Shown here in pieces: positions 59,421 to 64,000 of a DNA stretch of 64,000 bases. Each line of letters begins with the position of its first letter. The stretch's first letter is position 1. Under the pieces are notes generated by a model. That model was not told where the DNA came from, did not search any database, and saw only the letters and a list, made by a program, of their open reading frames with translations. Position numbers and translations under genes: made by a program. Source of the DNA: Candidatus Omnitrophota bacterium (lineage in GTDB: Bacteria > Omnitrophota > Gorgyraeia > Zapsychrales > Fredricksoniimonadaceae); the NCBI GenBank assembly GCA_016201795.1, contig JACQCF010000005.1:20896-84895 (forward strand). The letters run 5' to 3'.

Positions 59421-60680
59421 TTATTGCCTGATTTGTCCGTTGCCGTAAACTTCGTACTTGTAACTTGTCAAGCCCTCCAGAGCCATGGGACCGCGTACAT
59501 GCAATTTATCGGTACTAATGCCTACTTCCGAGCCGAAACCAAATTCATACCCGTCGGTAAAACGGGTGGACGCATTGACATAAACGCAAGCGGAATCGAC
59601 CTCATCTAAGAATTGCTGTGCTTCGGTCTTATCCTTAGTCACAATCGCATCCGAATGATGAGAACCATAAGTATTGATATGGTCAATCGCACCTTTGAGT
59701 CCATTGACGACTTTCACCGACAAAATCAAATCTAAATATTCCGTGCGCCAATCCTCTTGGGTGGCTTTCTTGATGCCGTCTTTGACAATAACACGAGTCG
59801 TTTGATCGCCACGAATTTCGCAGCCGCGGTTCTGCAAATCGGCAATGACCGGCGGCAAGAATTTCCTGGCAACGGCTTTGTCGACTAAAAGCGTTTCCAT
59901 GGCATTACAAACACCCGGCTTTTGGACCTTGGCGTTCATCGTAATTTGATGAGCCATCTCTAAGTCCGCTTGATGGCTCACATAAACATGGCAAACGCCT
60001 TTGTAATGTTTTACCACCGGAATTTTGGAATTCTCAGCGACAAAACGGATCAGCTCTTCTCCGCCGCGAGGTACGATCACATCCACCAGCTCATCGAGCT
60101 TCAAAAGCTCATGCACTGCCTGACGGTCACTGGATTCAATGAGTTGCAAAGCGTCCATAGAAATTTTTGTCTTCGACAAAACCCGCTTTAAGATTTTAAA
60201 AATCGCTTTGTTGGAATAAATAGCTTCACGACCGCCTTTAAGGATAGCTGCATTGCCGGATTTTAAACACAGGCCGGCGCAATCACTAGTGACATTCGGC
60301 CGTGATTCATAAATAATCCCCACGACCCCCAAAGGCACACGCACTTTCTTAATAAGCAAACCATTGGGACGTTTGATCGTCTTTAAAATCTCTCCGATGG
60401 GGTCTTTGAGCTTGGCTGTTTCCAATAAAGAATCTGCCATGGCCTTGATTCTTTTAGGATTAAGCGTTAGACGATCAATCAAGGCCATGCTATAGCCTGC
60501 GCCCTGTGCCGCTTTCAGATCCCTGGCATTTTCTTTAATCAAATAATCCTGATTCTTAAGCAAAGCACGAGCCATAGCTTTAAGGGCCGTATTTTTTTCA
60601 TGGCCACCAACCAACGCTAAGGCATAGCTGGCACCTTTAGCCGCCTTAGCCATTTTTAAAATGTGAACGGATAAATTCAT
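59421..60680 (-). CDS. proA: gamma-glutamyl phosphate reductase
   Basis: IYESRPNVT, LKGGREA, VPRGG, VCNAMET, NASTRF.DG, GISTDKLHVRGP. Confidence 0.97.
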   Translation of the reverse strand: MNLSVHILKMAKAAKGASYALALVGGHEKNTALKAMARALLKNQDYLIKENARDLKAAQGAGYSMALIDRLTLNPKRIKAMADSLLETAKLKDPIGEILKTIKRPNGLLIKKVRVPLGVVGIIYESRPNVTSDCAGLCLKSGNAAILKGGREAIYSNKAIFKILKRVLSKTKISMDALQLIESSDRQAVHELLKLDELVDVIVPRGGEELIRFVAENSKIPVVKHYKGVCHVYVSHQADLEMAHQITMNAKVQKPGVCNAMETLLVDKAVARKFLPPVIADLQNRGCEIRGDQTTRVIVKDGIKKATQEDWRTEYLDLILSVKVVNGLKGAIDHINTYGSHHSDAIVTKDKTEAQQFLDEVDSACVYVNASTRFTDGYEFGFGSEVGISTDKLHVRGPMALEGLTSYKYEVYGNGQIRQ

Positions 60681-61485
60681 GCTGATCATCCCCGGTTAAC
60701 AATTTTCCTTCTCTTTCCATAAACAACGTCCCAATCTTTTCTCCCTCAAGGATACGCACTAAAACGCCTTTGATGTCGCCAGCGGTAATGACACAGGTAA
60801 TACGCGCGTGGGTGGCGATTTTCACCGCCTCGAGTTTGGCTTTCATGCCGCCGCGAGCGATGTGAATATTTTGAGTTTCACCAGCTACTCCTTCAATCTC
60901 AGAAGTGATATCCTTCACCTGCTCAAAAACTTTTTGGTTGGTATCATACAGCCCCTGAACGTCGGAGAGAATCACCAATAAATCCGCATGGATGAGGCTG
61001 GCCACCAACGCCGAGAGCTTATCATTGTCCCCGAATTTGATTTCTTCGGTCGAGGTCGTGTCATTTTCATTGATGATGGGTACTACCCCTTCTTTAAGAA
61101 TAGCCTCCATCGTATGGCGTGCGTTTAAAAAACGGTTGTGATTATCGAAATCGTCCCAAGTCAAAAGCACCTGCGCACATTTTAAACCCACTTTCTTTAA
61201 TACCTGTGCCCATAATCTCATCAAAGCCGCCTGTCCGATGGCCGCACGCGCCTGCAAAGCGGCCAAATCCGTCGGACGCTGATTTTCCTCCAATAACCCC
61301 ATGCCTAAAACAATAGCCCCTGAAGAGACAAAAGTCACCTCAACACCTTGCCCACGCAAGGCTTTGACTTGTTTGGCCAACGCAGATAATTGCCTGATTT
61401 TAGGCTTAAACTGGCGGTCGGCTATCTGGCTTGAGCCAAGTTTAACCACCACGCGTTTCATAGGACGGGAGAATGTTCGTTTCAT
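60646..61485 (-). CDS. proB: glutamate 5-kinase (no PUA domain)
   Basis: VVKLGS, VSSGAI, AAIGQ, INEND, FGDNDKLSA, GGMKAKL. Confidence 0.95.
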   Translation of the reverse strand: MKRTFSRPMKRVVVKLGSSQIADRQFKPKIRQLSALAKQVKALRGQGVEVTFVSSGAIVLGMGLLEENQRPTDLAALQARAAIGQAALMRLWAQVLKKVGLKCAQVLLTWDDFDNHNRFLNARHTMEAILKEGVVPIINENDTTSTEEIKFGDNDKLSALVASLIHADLLVILSDVQGLYDTNQKVFEQVKDITSEIEGVAGETQNIHIARGGMKAKLEAVKIATHARITCVITAGDIKGVLVRILEGEKIGTLFMEREGKLLTGDDQHEFIRSHFKNG

Positions 61486-62441
61486 AATAACAAGCGGATC
61501 GCCGCTACCAATTTCTCCAAACCTTGTTTTTCTTTAGCAGAAATCACCAAAATATCTTTGGTAATTTTACGTTTAAACCGCCTCAAATGCGCTTGAGCTT
61601 CTGGTAAATCCATTTTATTGGCCACCAGAATACGGTATTTATGAAGAAGATCCTCGCTGTATAAATCCAACTCCTCGCAAATCTTATCATAATCCTCCAG
61701 CGGATCACGGCCCTCGCTGCCACTCATATCGATGAGGTGCACTAAAATCTTGGTGCGCTCGGCGTGTTTGAGGAATTGATAGCCTAAACCCTTGCCTTCA
61801 TGCGCGCCTTCGATAAGTCCCGGCAAATCCGCCACCACGAATTTCTTTTCGTGGTCATCATTCACAATCCCCAACACTGGTGCTTTGGTGGTAAAAGGGT
61901 AACTGGCAATTTTCGATTTCACCTTAGAGATGGCGCAAATCAAAGTGGATTTTCCCACATTAGGAAAACCCACCAAACCGACATCCGCAATAACTTTCAG
62001 TTCGAGCCGAACAGTTCTTTTCTCTCCCGCTTGAGGAGCCGTGACCGTACGGTGGTGATTATTGCCATGACCACCCAAGCCCCCTTTGGCCACAATCACC
62101 GAATCACCGTGAACCGTCAAGTCACGGATTAAAAACTCCGTGTCATAATCCCAAACCATGGTTCCCATCGGTAGGCGTAAAATACAATCCTCGCCGTTTT
62201 TGCCGCGTTTGTTGTTGGATGAACCATGGGCGCCGCTTTGGGCTTGATAATGCTGTTTGAAACGATAATCTAAAAGGGTATGTAGATGGCGGTCAGCCAT
62301 TAAAACAACATCGCCGCCACGACCCCCGTCACCGCCGTTAGGGATGGGATAGCGGGTATATTTATCGCTGTAATGACTTTCACAGCCCTTGCCCCCGCTA
62401 CCGGCCTGAATGTGAATGCGCGCTTGATCAACAAATGCCAT
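61482..62441 (-). CDS. obgE: GTPase ObgE (no C-terminal domain)
   Basis: FVD..GGDGGRGG Obg fold; GFPNVGKS, YPFTT, DLPG, NKMD, ISA. Confidence 0.96.
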   Translation of the reverse strand: MAFVDQARIHIQAGSGGKGCESHYSDKYTRYPIPNGGDGGRGGDVVLMADRHLHTLLDYRFKQHYQAQSGAHGSSNNKRGKNGEDCILRLPMGTMVWDYDTEFLIRDLTVHGDSVIVAKGGLGGHGNNHHRTVTAPQAGEKRTVRLELKVIADVGLVGFPNVGKSTLICAISKVKSKIASYPFTTKAPVLGIVNDDHEKKFVVADLPGLIEGAHEGKGLGYQFLKHAERTKILVHLIDMSGSEGRDPLEDYDKICEELDLYSEDLLHKYRILVANKMDLPEAQAHLRRFKRKITKDILVISAKEKQGLEKLVAAIRLLL

Positions 62442-62752
62442 TAGACTGAAATTTTGTCAATACGCACCGAGGTCAACTCCTGACGGTGACCGACGGTACG
62501 TGCGGAATCTTTGCGTTTGCGATAGTGAAAGGCGATTGTCTTGGGGCCACGGTAATGCTGTAAAACCTCGGCTTCAACTTCCACATCCTTCACGTAAGGC
62601 TGGCCGATTTTAACCGACTTGCCGTCAGAAACAAGCAGCACTTTATCCAAAACGATTTTCTGACCAGCATCGAAATCCAAATGATCGGCGCTGACAGTGT
62701 CGCCTTCGCTGACTTTAAATTGATGATTGCCCAGTTGAACCACGGCGAACAT
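62441..62752 (-). CDS. rplU: 50S ribosomal protein L21
   Basis: MFAVV..G.HQFKV.EGD, IGQPYV, GHRQ. Confidence 0.96.
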   Translation of the reverse strand: MFAVVQLGNHQFKVSEGDTVSADHLDFDAGQKIVLDKVLLVSDGKSVKIGQPYVKDVEVEAEVLQHYRGPKTIAFHYRKRKDSARTVGHRQELTSVRIDKISV

Positions 62753-62825
62753 AATTTTATCTCCTTAAATGAGTCTGTGTGTTTCATTTTTAAAGGCCAA
62801 ATTATACATGGCCTGCGCCCAAACG

Positions 62826-64000
62826 TCAATCAATCTTTACCCGGCCACGTCCCTCACAATAAGGGCAGGCATGGAATTTGAGCGACTCAATGGTTTTGCC
62901 GGTGCGCGCGCGGGTCATTTCTACCAGACCCAATTGCGAAATCCGATTCACTTCAGTTTTAGCATGATCTTTGGCTAACTCTTCCCTGAGGATATGAATA
63001 ACCTTACGCTTATGGTCTTCCCGGTTCATGTCGATAAAATCAATAACGATAATCCCGCCTAAGTCCCGCAGGCGAAGCTGACGGGCGATTTCGGGAGCCG
63101 CTTCCATATTCACCGCAAACGCCGCGTCCTCCGGTGTACCCTTGGTTTTAAACCGGCCGCTATTGACATCCACCACCGTCAATCCTTCCGTGGGCTCAAT
63201 GATAATATAAGCGCCGGATTTTAAATAGACCTTGGGCTCGTAAATCTTTTCCAGCTCATGGGCGATATTTTTAGCTTCAAACAGGGCTTGAGGACTATGG
63301 TGATATTGAATTTTCTCCACTGCTTCTTTACCGATTAAGGTCTCAGCAAATTTGCGCAGTTTGACATACTCTTGTTGCGAATCAATGATTAACCGGTCCA
63401 CTTCGTCTTTGAGCAAATCCCGTACCACTTTCCAGATCAAATCGTATTCTTTATACACCAGAGCCGGCGCCTGTTTTTGTTTGGCTAAATTGCGGATGCG
63501 CTCCCACATGGCGGTTAAAAATTTGGCATCACGGGTGATTTCACGTTCGCCCTGCTCAACGGAAGCCGTGCGCACGATAAACCCGCCGCCTCTGGCAAAG
63601 TTAAAAGTCTTTAAAATATCCCTCAGGCGCTGGCGTTCTTCCACTTTCTCAATTTTCTTGGAAATTCCGTTGTGCTGATCCATCGGCATATAAACGACAA
63701 AACGACCGGCCAAACTGATATGCGTCGTCAGGCGGGGTCCCTTGGTGCCAAAGGGGTCTTTAACCACCTGGACTAAGACTTCCTGGTCTTTCTTAAGAGA
63801 TAGTTCATTTTTGTTTTTCTTAGTCCCTTTATCAGAAAACTCTTGCTCTTTATCTGCAGGCTTGGGCAAGAGCATGTTAATCAATTTCTGTGTAGCCGAT
63901 GGTTCTTGCTCTATTTTTTCAATATCCTGTAAAAATGGATTATCCGCGTCCGTTAAATACAAAAAACCGTTTTTTTCCTGGCCAATATTGACAAAAGCTC
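62826..64000 (-). CDS. rng: ribonuclease E/G family, RNase G-like (5' end beyond window)
   Basis: Frame open to window edge (AFVNIGQEKNGFL); VQVVKDPFGTKGPRLT, VDVNSG, RQLRLRDLGGIIVIDFIDM, CPYCEGRG. Confidence 0.93.
   Translation of the reverse strand, partial: AFVNIGQEKNGFLYLTDADNPFLQDIEKIEQEPSATQKLINMLLPKPADKEQEFSDKGTKKNKNELSLKKDQEVLVQVVKDPFGTKGPRLTTHISLAGRFVVYMPMDQHNGISKKIEKVEERQRLRDILKTFNFARGGGFIVRTASVEQGEREITRDAKFLTAMWERIRNLAKQKQAPALVYKEYDLIWKVVRDLLKDEVDRLIIDSQQEYVKLRKFAETLIGKEAVEKIQYHHSPQALFEAKNIAHELEKIYEPKVYLKSGAYIIIEPTEGLTVVDVNSGRFKTKGTPEDAAFAVNMEAAPEIARQLRLRDLGGIIVIDFIDMNREDHKRKVIHILREELAKDHAKTEVNRISQLGLVEMTRARTGKTIESLKFHACPYCEGRGRVKID

Noticed and set aside
327-63678. Numerous plus-strand ORFs in the track (e.g. 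1767-2099, 22100-22612, 35250-35723, 39099-39620, 48573-49088)
   Set aside because: All lie antisense to well-supported conserved genes and show no recognisable motifs; treated as shadow ORFs.
1-64000. Alternative genetic code
   Set aside because: TGA, TAA and TAG all terminate conserved genes at expected positions, and no in-frame stops interrupt conserved proteins.

Overview
Gene-dense core-genome segment of a diderm bacterium. A PVC-type 'small basic protein' and the overall gene content suggest the PVC superphylum, most likely Candidatus Omnitrophota (inference). All 84 protein genes I can support and 3 tRNAs (Gly-CCC, Trp-CCA, Thr-GGT) are on the minus strand. In transcription order: rng(partial)-rplU-obgE-proB-proA-nadD-pgm-plsC; rpsA-tyrS; then a ~34 kb translation/transcription superoperon (tRNA-Thr, rpmG, tRNA-Trp, secE-nusG-rplKAJL-rpoBC-str-S10-spc-alpha) that runs on into an aminotransferase, pilT and an IDH-family gene before the only clear intrinsic terminator. 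Next come a lipB / stand-alone lipoyl domain / glycolipid-enzyme / TonB-like unit; DUF1844-Trm112-pepP-efp-accBC-pfkA(frameshifted, active site altered)-gmhA-rfaE2-thiD2-thiE-tRNA-Gly; a LysM/M23 lipoprotein, an archaeal-type ATPase and four nucleotide phosphohydrolases; and SPOR, small basic protein, SH3, site-2 protease and aroB(partial). I see no transposase, integrase, prophage, CRISPR array or rRNA. The best leads are: several families of short palindromic REP-like elements filling the ribosomal-operon spacers (one supplies the C-terminus and stop of L10), the lipoyl-carrier/glycolipid operon, a remodelled PfkA beside heptose genes, rpmA missing next to an ObgE with altered PTC-contacting loops, and a tRNA overlapping the thiE stop codon. 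None of these is shown to be a novel system; they are hypotheses from reading the sequence.
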